Source: Candidatus Bathyarchaeota archaeon | Lineage (GTDB): Archaea > Thermoproteota > Bathyarchaeia > Bathyarchaeales > Bathycorpusculaceae | Reading direction: 5' to 3' | Assembly: GCA_963775465.1 (NCBI GenBank) | Contig: CAVZIW010000001.1 | Span: 32,001 to 96,000 of the forward strand | Length of the DNA: 64,000 nucleotides | In this document: piece after piece, positions 34,526 to 46,376 of the stretch | How the letters are laid out: each line of letters opens with the position of its first letter | Position numbering within the stretch: the first letter of the stretch is position 1 | Translations under genes and position numbers: made by a program | The notes under the pieces: generated by a model | Seen by the model: only the letters and a program-made list of their open reading frames with translations | Told to the model about the DNA's origin: nothing | Databases searched by the model: none

Positions 34526-35056
34526 TTTCTTTTCTCCAAGTTTATTTGATGTTAAACAGATTCACTTTAGTGGACTTGCTTAACAGAATCCATATCTCGT
34601 TTGCAGTTAGTATATATAATTTTGCCAATTTAGGATTTAATAATTTTATGGCATTATTGATTTGTGTTTGATCCAAAATAAATAATCATTTATGGAATAA
34701 ATTCGGTTTTATGTTAATTGTATCGATTAACAGAGCACGCGAAATGATAAAAACGAATTAGAAGTTAGTATTGTTGTAGACAGTATAAGGGGTAGATAAA
34801 AATAGACTACCATAATAGTACCAGATTTCTGGCTGTATACTACCCGAAGAATCTAATATGGCCATTTTTTAGAATTCGCGGCTTTGGTTTTTAGTTAATC
34901 ATTACTAATGCTTTTGATGGTATTGCTAAAAATCTACGGTTCTTGTCATAATATTACATGTAATCCTAATGCTTAAGCAATTTCTGTTAATAGAAAGTCT
35001 CACCTTAAGAAATAGAGTTTATTAGGAAGTTTTTAGTTTCTTCGTTGCACGTTGTT

Positions 35057-35130
35057 GCGGTAATAGTACAGCTTGGTTAGTACATAGGCTTGCCAAGTCT
35101 AGGACCCGGGTTCAAATCCCGGTTACCGCA
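35057..35130 (+). tRNA. tRNA-Gly(GCC), intron-less, CCA not encoded
   Basis: GCGGTAA/TTACCGC acceptor stem, TAGGC-TTGCCAA-GTCTA anticodon arm, CCGGGTTCAAATCCCGG T arm. Confidence 0.9.
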
Positions 35131-35232
35131 CTTTCATAAATAAGCTTTGGCACAGATGCTAAAATTCTTCAATGTATATCTTAATTCAGTTTGTCTTTGA
35201 AAAGCTAAAATAATGGCACATTGATTTATTGA

Positions 35233-35547
35233 TTGATGGTCTGCTTGTGTTCTGTGTGTAGAAGAAGCATTAGTGAGAATGTTAACCAACAGTCAATGAA
35301 GAGTTTTGGAACGGCTCTATGTTTAGAACATCAGAAGACCGCAAAGGCAAATAGCAATCCTGTTTACTGGTGTTCCGAATGCAAGAACGCAATTTCTCAT
35401 GAAGAGTTTACATACTCGATTAACCATTTTGACAAACCTCTCTGTTTCGGCTGCCAGCCTGAGGAAGAGGAAAAGGTAAGTGCCCCTCCTCAAAAAAGAG
35501 GCTTGAACAGAGGGTCTTTGATAGAATTTGGCAAGAAATATCCATAG
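35233..35547 (+). CDS. Small double Zn-finger protein
   Basis: CSVC...CLEH and CSEC...CFGC tandem units. Confidence 0.6.
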   Translation: MMVCLCSVCRRSISENVNQQSMKSFGTALCLEHQKTAKANSNPVYWCSECKNAISHEEFTYSINHFDKPLCFGCQPEEEEKVSAPPQKRGLNRGSLIEFGKKYP

Positions 35548-35938
35548 ACAAATTTGCCTAATACCTTGAAATACTAAGAGATAATTTTTATGCGGAGTTA
35601 AAAGCAGTAAAAGCAGAGCCAAAATTGACAAAAGAAATTAATGAAAATTTTTAAAGACAAAAATATTTTTGTTCAGATATAGAGCCTATTTTAATGCCAT
35701 ATATTGCCCAATCTATTTTTTACGCGCTCTTGACACATCAACCATACCAAAAGTTGAATCTAACGACTAAAAAATAGTCCGATTAATTTGTAATTTTAAT
35801 TTTACTTATTTTAATGCCGTTCGGAGACTTCTCAAACAAAATTAATCGAGAACTTGACTTAATTATCACTGTTTATGTAAATAGGTATATTTGTAAATGT
35901 TATAAACGCTTTTATGTATATTTTTTTGAAAAAGACAC

Positions 35939-35993
35939 GGTTAGGGTTGCAAGAAAATTATAAACTCTCTCTTTCTTTTTTGCAACCCTGACC
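35939..35993. repeat. 18-bp inverted repeat/hairpin
   Basis: GGTTAGGGTTGCAAGAAA ... TTTTTTGCAACCCTGACC. Confidence 0.75.
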
Positions 35994-36101
35994 ACTTAAT
36001 TGTATCAAAATCTTATCCTATATCGGAAAGAAGTTTAGATGCTTCAGCCTTCGAACAATTATTATTCGTGAAAAAAGGACAAGTGGCAGCTTTTTCATTT
36101 C

Positions 36102-36269
36102 TTAATTTAGTTTTTTTGTTTCTAAGAGGACAATTTTGTGGCAGTTTACACATCTGGAATAAACCAATTCAAATCCATGAAGTAGATCAAAATGTCTCTG
36201 CTTATACAATTCATGCTTTGTATGATCACAAGTTAGTTGCCTTTCACAAACTGAGTAGTCATCACTCAT
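36102..36269 (-). CDS. 55-aa Cys/His Zn-ribbon-like protein (below ORF-track cutoff)
   Basis: MSDDYSVCERQLTCDHTKH...YSRCVNCHKIVLLETKKLN*, preceded by GGAGAAGG RBS. Confidence 0.55.
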   Translation of the reverse strand: MSDDYSVCERQLTCDHTKHELYKQRHFDLLHGFELVYSRCVNCHKIVLLETKKLN

Positions 36270-36640
36270 TTGCCTTCTCCTTTCCCTGCGAAAAGCTTTC
36301 CTTTCGCCTCAAACAAGGGATTAACTTCAGAGTTTAAAAGTGATATTCCAAAAAAAAGAATATTGCAAAAACTTAGAACTGCTAACGCATTGCCCTGAAT
36401 TATCCTTTTTCATAAATACTTTGCTAGTTTTATCTTTGTGGAATAAAATGCTCATCAGGAACTCCTCTTGTTGATCTGGCTTTAAAAGACAATAAGTAGA
36501 CATTATCGATTCTCCTTCATGATTATTCTTAGTAAAGAACGTCAACTGAGAGTCATCAAAGAGTTAAAGTTCGAATAGTTTGTTCAAGTCCATAGCAAAA
36601 TATACTAAAAAGATTAGAAAATTCTAATCGAAAGAATACT

Positions 36641-37597
36641 TTACGAACAAATTCGATCTGGTACTTCGAGGTGCAACTCTTTCTTTAAGCACTTGTATCT
36701 GTTTCTAACAGTCACTTCAGTTACTCCAGAAGCTTCTGCAATATCTTTTTGGGTTTTCTTTTCATTATTTTGAAGGCATGCTATGTAGAGTGTGGCTGCA
36801 GCTAATCCCATTGGGTCTTTCCCCGCTGAAAACCGTTTCTTTCGAGCCTCTCTGAGTAATGAAATCGCTATACCCTGTGTTTTCCCCGATATTCCGGTTT
36901 TTTCAGCAATCGTTGAGATATATGTCAATGAGTGTGCAATTGGCATTTTAATGCTGAGCTTTTGAAGTATGAGTCTATAACAGCGAGCAACATCTTTTTT
37001 ATCTACGAGACTTGCTTCAGCAATATCGCGAAGGGTGCGAGGTGTTCCGCTTTCACGGCAGGAAGCATAAACTGCAGCTGCCATGATCGAGTTAATTGAC
37101 CTTCCGCGAACCAAACCCTGGTCAAGCGCTTTTCTGTAAATTAGAGCTGCTTTTTCTTTGATTTGAGGTGGAATGTAAACGGTTCCGGATAAACGGTCAA
37201 GTTCGCCCATGGCTTGTGCGAGGTTGCGATCGATTGATGAATGCACCCGACTTCGTATTTGCCATTTTCTAAGACGCCACATTTGCAGCCTTGTTGAGAT
37301 AGGCAATTTTCTACCGAATGCATCCCTGTCGATTTGACTAATGGTTGTGGACAGTCCTTTGTCATGAATTGAGTATGATGTTGGGAGACCTACGCGGCTT
37401 CTTGAGACTTTCTCTTGCTGGGTAAACGCTCGCCATTCTGGTCCTTTAGCTAATGTCTGTTCATATAAAACTAGACCGCAGTCTCCGCAGATTGTTTCGC
37501 CTGCATCATAATCGTGAATTAGATTTTTGCTTGTACATTCTGGGCAATTTTCAACTTTGCGTTGTTGCGGGTTAGAAATTTTTTGGGTTATACTCAT
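36641..37597 (-). CDS. tfb: Transcription initiation factor IIB
   Basis: CPEC...CGDCG Zn ribbon, GPEWRAF B-reader, two cyclin repeats, VTEVTVRNRY. Confidence 0.96.
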   Translation of the reverse strand: MSITQKISNPQQRKVENCPECTSKNLIHDYDAGETICGDCGLVLYEQTLAKGPEWRAFTQQEKVSRSRVGLPTSYSIHDKGLSTTISQIDRDAFGRKLPISTRLQMWRLRKWQIRSRVHSSIDRNLAQAMGELDRLSGTVYIPPQIKEKAALIYRKALDQGLVRGRSINSIMAAAVYASCRESGTPRTLRDIAEASLVDKKDVARCYRLILQKLSIKMPIAHSLTYISTIAEKTGISGKTQGIAISLLREARKKRFSAGKDPMGLAAATLYIACLQNNEKKTQKDIAEASGVTEVTVRNRYKCLKKELHLEVPDRICS

Positions 37598-38470
37598 TTT
37601 TCATATTCCTTTTGATACTTAATTAATGAGGTCTTCTCACATTTTCTTCAGTGTCGAAGCTCCACGTTAAATGAACGTTTTATTTTTTTTGTCTTGGAGC
37701 TTTGCTCGAAAATAATTAGTGACTTTCAAGTTAACTAAAAGAACAAAGGAGCCTCTTCAACTACATATAGTAAAGGTTGGTGCTCGCTTATAAAGGCAAA
37801 TATCAAAAATGCTTAGTTTGCATGGAAAACTTGTTAATAGCTGTTAATTGAGATGTGTCTGTTATTGCAAAATTAAATATTTAAAAAATAATTTGCTATT
37901 TTTTTGATGCAATTATGCAATGATATTCTTTTGACTTTATTACAATCAGTGGTTGATTAATCTATGCATATTCGTTGTCTTTGTCTTTATGCTCATAGCT
38001 GTGATAAATTCTTTGGATCTTTAGCTGTATTGACAAAGTTTAATGGGATTCCCTATTGTTGTAGTTTCTAGTTTGACGATGTTGAGTATCTGATTTGATT
38101 CTGTTTGTTGTAGTGTGTTGACTATAACATATCCTTAAACACAGATCTATGCAATATTGAGATATGTTAGAAGGTGATCTTTTGATTCAAAATTTGGAAA
38201 TTAATTCTGCGATAACTGATTTATTGAAAAAGAACGGATATACTGAAGATATAATAAAAACAGTCATAACACTCTACAGTCAACCAACAAATAAAAACAG
38301 AAGAATCCAGTCTCGAAACAATAAAAATGTACTATGACTAATCAGCAATTATATTGATTGAAACAACGATTCAAATTGGACTAGTCACTACCGCGAATTT
38401 TGTTGAATCTGCAAATAATACTCAAAGTGAATATTTTCCATTTCTGAGGTCTCAATGACTAATTTGTTGA

Positions 38471-39025
38471 TCACAGGGTTTTTTCGTCAAGCTCACGGTA
38501 CTTTTCCATAGAATATTTTACGATTTCCCGAGCTTCTTTTGCGTTTTTCCATGCTCTTATCTTTACCCATTTATGGGGTTCAAGTCTTTTGTAAGTTTCA
38601 AAGAACTCTTGAATCTCTATGAGCCGATTTTTATGAATATCCGTAATGTCATGGTAGCCTTCAAATCGGGCATCATTGATTAGCACTGAAAGAATCTTGG
38701 CGTCCAAGCCTTCTTCGTCCTCAATTATTAGAGCGCCTATTACTCTAACTTTAACAATGCAGCCTACTGTTAGCGGGGCGTTGCTGAGCACCATTATATC
38801 TAAGGGATCATCATCGTCAAACCATGTCTGAGGAACGAAACCGTACTCTACTGGGAAAACGACCGACGAAGGAATAATTCTATCCAGAACGAAGGCTTCC
38901 CACTCTATGTTGTATTCGTATTTGTCACGGGAGCCACTTATGACTTCGATAATCATGTTCAGGAGTTCAGGTGGATTATCTCCGGCTGGGAGGTCTTTCC
39001 AAAAGTTCATTGTCTTTTCACCCAT
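38471..39025 (-). CDS. ppa: Family I inorganic pyrophosphatase
   Basis: KYEY, YGFVPQT, DDDPLD motif, FFETYK.LE. Confidence 0.95.
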   Translation of the reverse strand: MGEKTMNFWKDLPAGDNPPELLNMIIEVISGSRDKYEYNIEWEAFVLDRIIPSSVVFPVEYGFVPQTWFDDDDPLDIMVLSNAPLTVGCIVKVRVIGALIIEDEEGLDAKILSVLINDARFEGYHDITDIHKNRLIEIQEFFETYKRLEPHKWVKIRAWKNAKEAREIVKYSMEKYRELDEKTL

Positions 39026-39241
39026 CTTTTTGCAGAAGAGTTAATCATGCATTTAAGCGCTTGCGCCCATATTTCACTTTTTCTGTATCTTGTTTGTGCT
39101 AAGGAGAAAAACAGTCAAATGATGTTTTAAAGATTTGCAGCTTCAATCATTTGTCAAGTTTTTCTGTTGTAGTCTGTAGGCAATCACAAGCCTTAATATT
39201 GATGATTGGTATTTTATGGTGAAAACAAGGAGCATGGTCGA

Positions 39242-39589
39242 ATGGACTTTTGTTCTAAATGTGGAACACGCCTCATTCCCAAGAAAGTGAAATCTGCAAA
39301 TCAACGTCTAGTAATTCTGTCATGCAGTAAATGCGGAAACAAAGCGAAAGAAACAAATGAAAAAATGCAATTAAACAGCAAGACTATACCTCATAATCCG
39401 AAGCAGCTAGTGGCTGTAATAGACAAAGAAAAACAACTCAGCACGATGCCCACCATACGCTTTACTTGCCTGCGTTGCGGGAACCAGAATGCTTATGCAT
39501 GGCAGGTTCAAACAAGGGGCAGCGACGAATCATCAACACAGTTCCTAAGATGCACCAGTTGCGGGTACACCTTTAGAGAAAATACATGA
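39242..39589 (+). CDS. tfs: Transcription factor S (TFIIS/RpoM-like)
   Basis: FCSKCG...CSKCG and C..CG...QVQTRGSDES.T.F..C..CG; acidic DE hairpin intact. Confidence 0.9.
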   Translation: MDFCSKCGTRLIPKKVKSANQRLVILSCSKCGNKAKETNEKMQLNSKTIPHNPKQLVAVIDKEKQLSTMPTIRFTCLRCGNQNAYAWQVQTRGSDESSTQFLRCTSCGYTFRENT

Positions 39590-39906
39590 AAAAATTCAGC
39601 AATCATTTTAGAGTATCTTTCATTTTTGGGCACCCAACCATGGGGCAAAAAATACAAAAGCCACATTTTTCCAACAGTAAAAATCCATTTTCTTCAATCA
39701 AAATTAACCCTCCGTAATTATTTTAGACGATCTTTTATTCAAAGATGAATATTTGTGGTTTAGTCTTAGAACCCTTCTATTACAGCTACCTTTTGACGCT
39801 TAGAACCAAACCTGTTTTTTCAGAAAATTTCCAACATTCTTTTCACTAATCGATAATGCTCTGTAATCTGATCTTTCAATCTTAGCATTCTCTTGGCAGG
39901 GATTGA

Positions 39907-40158
39907 TTATTGGATTTTATCTGAATAAGAAGATTTACAGTTCATGCACTGTTTTTTATGAACACATAATTCATCTGTAAAGGGACAGATAAGAAATATT
40001 TTTGGCAGATAATTGTTTAACGCTTTATTCACAACTGATTCGAAATCCATGTTTGCTTCAGTTAGAAGTCTCCGAATTTCCCTTGTACTTTTATAAGTTC
40101 TAACATTAACTGCTTTCATAACTAAACCCATTTTAGCAAAATTAAGCCCTTTCATCAA
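39907..40158 (-). CDS. Small hypothetical protein with C-terminal Cys cluster
   Basis: CPFTDELC....QCMNC. Confidence 0.5.
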   Translation of the reverse strand: MMKGLNFAKMGLVMKAVNVRTYKSTREIRRLLTEANMDFESVVNKALNNYLPKIFLICPFTDELCVHKKQCMNCKSSYSDKIQ

Positions 40159-40619
40159 CTAAACAAATCTTATGTGAGCGCTGAAATGACTTTTCAAGAG
40201 TACGGTAAGTTCCACAATAGCTTCCTCCGCCTCTACGACATGTAGAACTTGTTTTAGAGTAGAAATGACATCTATTCTTATTCTTACAGCTTCTTAACGT
40301 ATAAAATACTCTCCTCTTATTGATTAAAAATTAGCTCGGAACCTTAAGAGCTATATTTCCTTAGTTGCAATATTTCCAAAAACAGAATATAGAACCGAGG
40401 CTATTATTGAAAAATTGGAACTCAAAGCGGTTTTATTTCTTAAATTCTTTTTCCTCCTTTTTTCAACGTCTTATACTTAAACAAGTATAATGTTCTGCAA
40501 ATACCTGATCAAGTTTGGTATAGTTAAAATTAACCCAACGTTCAAAAAAATTTCGTTTTCATTAAAAAATATAATAAAGTACTCATGTTGTTTACAGATT
40601 TTCAATTAAACTTGCTCAG

Positions 40620-43600
40620 TTGAAATATAGCAAAGTCTTTTCAGCAAGTACGCATGAATTGAAAAAAGAGGAGGCAAACTTGCTTAGTAAAGACAAAACT
40701 AAAAAATTAATAATCAAAAATGCACCCCTCCTCATCATTCTATTCGGTACTGCATTAATCGTATTTACGCTTGGTCCATACCAAAGCTATGACACCCACC
40801 TAGAATTTGAAGCATCCTCAAACATCGTTAAAACAGGTGTTCCCTACGTCCAAGCATATGGAACTGCGATTGATGAACCACCATTGGGCTTCTACACTGA
40901 GGCATTTTTCTTAAGACTTTTTGGCTTATCAGCCAACACAGGAGTAATAATAGTTACGCTCTTTGGGCTTGCATCAGTTGTCTTAATGTACCTATTAGGC
41001 AAAGAATTGTACGACAAAACAACAGGACTTATTGCTGCAGCTCTTTTCGGTTTAAACCCCTGGCAACTTGTGCTCTCACGAAGCTTCCTTATCGATATCC
41101 AATGCCTCTTTTTCAGCATTCTTTCTCTGTTTATAGGAATTTTAGCCATTCGAAGAGGTTCAGTAAAAATCACATTAGCTACAGGAGTGATTTTTGCATT
41201 TGCCCTCATGACAAAATTCTATGCTGCCTTCGTCCTTATCCCTCTTTTTTTATTTTACGTCTATTCTCGACCCAAAAGCCTAAAACTAGTTCTCAGCCAA
41301 TTAACCGCATTCTCACTTCCAGCGCTAATGTTTGCTTTCTTTTGGTATCAGATAATTCTCGGTCATAATCTTCTTTGGATTTTCCATCACAATGACTTTG
41401 CCGATGTAGTTCCTGCAAGTACAGGTATCGTTACATCCCCTTTTTTTGCCGTTAATTTCTTGATGAATTACGGCTTAGGCGTTTGTTTTGTTGTAGCTAT
41501 CGCTTTTTCAATGCTTTTGACCCTCTCTCTTAAAAAATATTTTTCCAGAACAACAATTATTGACGTGATATTTCTATCCTCGGCAGCGTTTGTCTTAGCT
41601 ATTAATACTATTCTTGGTGCAGGTTTTAACCTTAATGTTCCATATTTTAGCGCGCTCAAATACGATTTACAAGCCCTTCCATTTCTAATTCTATTATGCG
41701 CATCATTAAGTATCAAGGGCATGTCAATTTTTAAAGCGGCAAAATCACTGGCTCAGCCAAGCAAAATTTTTTTCTATGTTATTTCAATAGTAACAGTTGT
41801 TCTACTTGGTGCGTCTCTAATTTCAAGCATATATACTACAAATGCGCTCTCAGCCCGTGATTATCTGCAATATCGAGTAGAACCGCAAGTTGATTATGGA
41901 TATGCACTGCTAAATCCAACGCCGTTAGCCATTGGGAGTGCATCTATGGCTATTCAGATTTTTGGCTTCGCAACTGTTTTATGTTCTTTAATGTTGGTCG
42001 CTAGACAAGAAGTTTTGAAGTTCGGTTCAAAGTTGAAGAATTCAATATATGCTAGTTACCTTATGCTGAATAACACTACTGTAACCAAGGACGTGACTGA
42101 TCAACCACCCAATCGATTTCGGGCAATCCTTAACAGGTGGCGAGTAGGCTTTTTATTATTTGCAGCCGTATATTGCGCTATTTTGCTTCTCACCTTAACG
42201 CATTATCCAATGCAGTGGGATGAGGTTATTCATCTTAACGGTGCTTTAAATTTACTATCGGGAAATTTCAATATCTATATCAATAATTCTTTCTACCCTC
42301 CGCTTCTTGATAGCGTAACTGCTTTCTCTTTTAATCTGGTTGGAGTTAGCTTGTTTTCAGCAAGGCTAGTTTCTGTCTTGTTTTCCCTTCTCTCGCTTTG
42401 GGTAGTGTTTGAACTCGCCAACATTATGTATGGAGAAAAAGTCGGGGTCCTCTCAGCTGTTCTACTATCGATTATGCCAGGTTACTTCTGGTTATCCCGG
42501 ATAACGTTGCTTGAAACAATGTTGCTTTTCTTCATTTTACTTGCGCTATTGTTTTTCTATCTTTGGATGAAAAATAAACAAGATAGATACTTATTTTTTA
42601 GCGGTTTTGCTGTTGGTTTAGGTTTCTTAACTAAGTATCAAGCCATAATTGCAGGAGCCATAATGGTTGTAAGTATTCTTTTTATTGCACGAGGTCAACT
42701 TAAACGTATATTCTCAAGGTTTTCTATCGTAATTGTTACGGCTTTTTTAGTTGTTATTCCATGGATTGTTGCTGCCTATCAAGTATATGCATCTAAATTA
42801 TTCAGTCAATGGCTTTACGCGCTACAAGTAGGCAATCCCGAAAAAGCCTTCTACAGCGACCGTTACCCTGCTCCTATTTTTTATTTCATAGATATGGTTT
42901 GGCCCTACGATACTTTCCACCCAATTTCAATCTTCATCTATATAGTGGGTCTAGGAGGACTAAGTATTTCTAGCATTTCGACACAGCAAAAAAGACAGAT
43001 TTCTACTAATCTGGTTTGCTAGGCATCTTTATTTTCTTCACTCTCATAGCCAACAAGGAATGGCGCTACGTGGTTCCGCTTTTTCCAGTCCTATCCATCT
43101 CAGCTGCCGTGCTTATTTCATTTGGATATGCCAACCTTAACGCTTGGAAAAAGCGGTCTCCCATAAGCAATCGGCGTCATCGAAAGATTGTGGCTGGCTT
43201 ATTTGTTGTTGTAGTTGCAAGTGCAATGGCTTACAGCATCTACGATGTCTACTCTATAACTTCTTACTTCGATGTGAATATACAGCTAGAACCTGCAACT
43301 GTTTACGCAATGAACCGCATGCAAAACAACCAATCAATCATGGTGATGTGCCCCTTCAACTTCTTTAGCCAAGACATGATCCTATTCTACCTGGCAAAGA
43401 ACGGCAATACCCAAATCCCTGTTTATCAGTACCCCGTGTTACCCGTTGATACCTACACAATTAACTTCAACATAACAGAGTTAATTTCCCTCTGCAAACA
43501 AGAGAACGTCAAATACCTTTTTACGTATGAAAACGGTGGTACCCCAACTTACTATAACAGCACAGTTAACCTTGTCCAACTTTACCAGCAAATCTACGCT

Positions 43601-43684
43601 TCCGGCAACTTCAGCCAATGGACCGACAATGGAACTTTTGGTGTTAACCCGCGAAGAATAATCATTCTAACCTTTTTAGGTTGA
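40620..43684 (+). CDS. Double-domain GT39/ArnT-like membrane glycosyltransferase, split by frameshifts at ~42962 and ~43016
   Basis: Two PMT_2-like units (DEPPLG and WDE..H...YPPL), many TM helices; ORF 43016-43684 supplies KEWRY..PLFP C-terminus. Confidence 0.8.
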
Positions 43685-44047
43685 AGTTGTTAAAAAAGAA
43701 AATGCTTTGTTTTTTACTAATAAAAGATTTCTTGGTTCATTTATAGAAATCTTGTCAAATGGTGCTTTATTTTTAAATTGAAGCAAGTCTAAAGAGGGTT
43801 CTCAACTTTAATTATCTGTGGGGTTGGTTTTTATAGATAAGATAACCGGATCCTTCTTGCATGGCCAACATGTGTACTCTACGAACTGACTCTATTTTCA
43901 TCGGTGAAGAATGGAGATAGATGAATTATGATGAAAAATTATGGTGACAATTATGTTGCATGTTGTTGTATACTAGCAGTCACATCTGGTTATTAATTAG
44001 TTGACATCTAATATGAAACAGTAATTTGCTTAGAGGAGAAGGCTAAC

Positions 44048-44737
44048 TTGTTAAAAGAAACAATCGCGAATACAGAAGTTGTTATAGCAGCGCTCAACGA
44101 AGAGACTGGCATAGGTATAACTATTGACGAAATATCAAAATATTTACTTGCTGACCGTGTACTAGTTGTCGACGGTCGAAGTATAGACAGAACAATCGAG
44201 GTCGCAAAAGATCGGGGTGCAGGGATTCTTTTCCAAAGTGGTTTGGGTAAGGGCGATGCTATTCTTGCAGGGATAAAGACTCTTCGATCTCAAACTGAAT
44301 ACGTTGTATTTACCGATGCTGACTATACTTATCCGGCTGAATACGTTCCAAGTATGTTGGAATTGCTAGAGCAGAATCCAGAGGTCGGTATGGTTTGTGG
44401 AAATCGATTAAGTGGAGATGTAAATGGAAAAGCTTTGCTCACTCGCTTCTATTTTGGAAATAAACTGCTTTCGTTTGCTCACAACTTGTTGAACGGTGTG
44501 GACCTTCAAGACCCCTTGACAGGTTTAAGGGTCATTAGAGCAGACATCCTGAGGAAATGGAATGTTAAATCAAAAGGTTTCGATATAGAAGTAGAACTAA
44601 ATAGCCTAGTACAAAGGCAAGGCTACCTAACAGTCGAAATTCCGATTGAATATCGTGAAAGAATAGGTGAAAAAAAGCTGAAAATGAAAGATGGCGCAAC
44701 TATTCTCAAAAGAATCCTTTTGGAAACAATTAATTAG
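44048..44737 (+). CDS. GT2 glycosyltransferase (Dol-P-sugar synthase-like)
   Basis: VIAALNEE, VVDGRSIDRT, GKGDA, FTDADYTY, GFDIEVE, YRERIGEKK. Confidence 0.9.
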   Translation: MLKETIANTEVVIAALNEETGIGITIDEISKYLLADRVLVVDGRSIDRTIEVAKDRGAGILFQSGLGKGDAILAGIKTLRSQTEYVVFTDADYTYPAEYVPSMLELLEQNPEVGMVCGNRLSGDVNGKALLTRFYFGNKLLSFAHNLLNGVDLQDPLTGLRVIRADILRKWNVKSKGFDIEVELNSLVQRQGYLTVEIPIEYRERIGEKKLKMKDGATILKRILLETIN

Positions 44738-44945
44738 AATTCAGCAGTTCTCAATTTCTTTTGGTTCATCTGTTTTTTGCTGCGGTTAACGTAGTTTATT
44801 TTTTCTTCTTTTTATGCTTCTCTCGAAATTTAAGAGCTGTAAAAAAAGTAAATGTTTTATTTAGCGAAATGCCGTAGTCGCGCTCTATAATTATTTCTCG
44901 AAAGAGCGCCTACTTTTGGGGTATACCGCTTTATCAGTAATTTGG

Positions 44946-46133
44946 TTACCATAAGATTGCTTTTCGATTGGCAAATTCTTTGCTGACTTTTTCGAGTTCT
45001 TCGGGTATTTGGATTTTTTGTGGGCATTTCATTATGCATGTTCCGCATTTAACGCAGAGTTTAGCGTTTCCGTTGGGATTTTTGTTATTCACATTGGTTT
45101 TTTTGTTTTGAAGTTTTCTGTATGTTCTTCGAGTCATTATTCGTCTAAAACGATTTTTTTCTAGTGTAACGTTGTTTAAGCATGCAAAGTTTTGGGGTAT
45201 GTTGACTCCTTGTGGGCAAGGCATACAATAATTGCATGCTGTGCAAGGAACGGCGATTTTTTTTCTGAATTCTTCTGTGAGTTTTTCGATTACGTTTGTT
45301 TCTGATTTTGTTAAAGAATTTATTCCAGAGTTGTCTGCACTTTCGCAATTTTCCTTGATCATTTCTTTTGAGTTCATTCCGCTTAAAACAACAGCGACTT
45401 CTGGTTTGTTCCAAAGAAACTGTAATGCCCAATCTACGGGGGTTCTTTTTTTGTCTGCCGAATTTATTATGTTTAGTGCTTCTTGTGGAGGATTAACTAA
45501 GGTTCCTCCTTTTAGGGGTTCCATTACAACAACTGCAATCCCTTTGCTGGCAGCATAGGATAATCCATCTGTTGTTGCTTGAACACCCGTGTCCATGTAG
45601 TTGTACTGGATCTGTGTTATGTCCCATGGGTAGTAGTCAACTATTTCTTTGTATACGGGAAGTGTATCGTGGAATGAAAAACCGATATTATCAATTAGTC
45701 CTTCTTTTTTTGCGTTTTCCATTTTGTTAATTAGCCCGAGTTTTTTAATTTTGTTGAATTGACCCTGATCTACTGCGTGGAATAAGTAAGCATCTATATG
45801 GTCTGTTTGGAGTCTTTTCATCTGAGTTTTTAGATAACTATTAAAATGCCCAGCGTTAGTTACCATAAACATTGGCAGCTTGGTTACTAGGTGAACTCGT
45901 TCTCTGTAACCGTCTTTTAATGCTTTTCCCAGTATTTTTTCGCTATCGCCAAGATGGTAAGGCCAAGCGGTATCTATGTAGTTGATGCCTAAGTCAATTC
46001 CGTAGCGGATTAATTGGATTGATTTGTCGATTTCAGCTCTTAGTCTGTTGAGTTTTCTTGGAGGCAACCTCATGCATCCAAATCCAAGTGCTGAAACCTC
46101 CCAGTTTAAAGATCCCATTTTACGGTATTTCAA
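44946..46133 (-). CDS. Aldo/keto reductase with C-terminal 4Fe-4S domain
   Basis: LGFGCMRLP, GINYIDTAWPY, MEPLKGG, CTACNYCMPCP and CVKCGTC..KCPQ. Confidence 0.92.
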   Translation of the reverse strand: MKYRKMGSLNWEVSALGFGCMRLPPRKLNRLRAEIDKSIQLIRYGIDLGINYIDTAWPYHLGDSEKILGKALKDGYRERVHLVTKLPMFMVTNAGHFNSYLKTQMKRLQTDHIDAYLFHAVDQGQFNKIKKLGLINKMENAKKEGLIDNIGFSFHDTLPVYKEIVDYYPWDITQIQYNYMDTGVQATTDGLSYAASKGIAVVVMEPLKGGTLVNPPQEALNIINSADKKRTPVDWALQFLWNKPEVAVVLSGMNSKEMIKENCESADNSGINSLTKSETNVIEKLTEEFRKKIAVPCTACNYCMPCPQGVNIPQNFACLNNVTLEKNRFRRIMTRRTYRKLQNKKTNVNNKNPNGNAKLCVKCGTCIMKCPQKIQIPEELEKVSKEFANRKAILW

Positions 46134-46376
46134 TTGTTAACCATCTTTTCAGTGATGTTTTATATCTCTATATTTAACGTAATGGACGTTTTCAAAGAAA
46201 ACTATGGAGTTAGACTAATGGATTGCTTTTTATTATAGTTGATAACCGCTCGCAAATCCTTGAAAATTAGCAAAGCTCACTTACTAATTGGAGTTGTAGT
46301 AGAGATAATTGCTAAAATAGAAAATAATTAAATAGATAGATAACTGAAACTTTAGTAAAAGTCCAAGGTTTTTTTT

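Noticed and set aside
36068-36337. 89-aa plus-strand ORF
   Set aside because: Antisense to a better-supported minus-strand Zn-ribbon gene with RBS (36102-36269)
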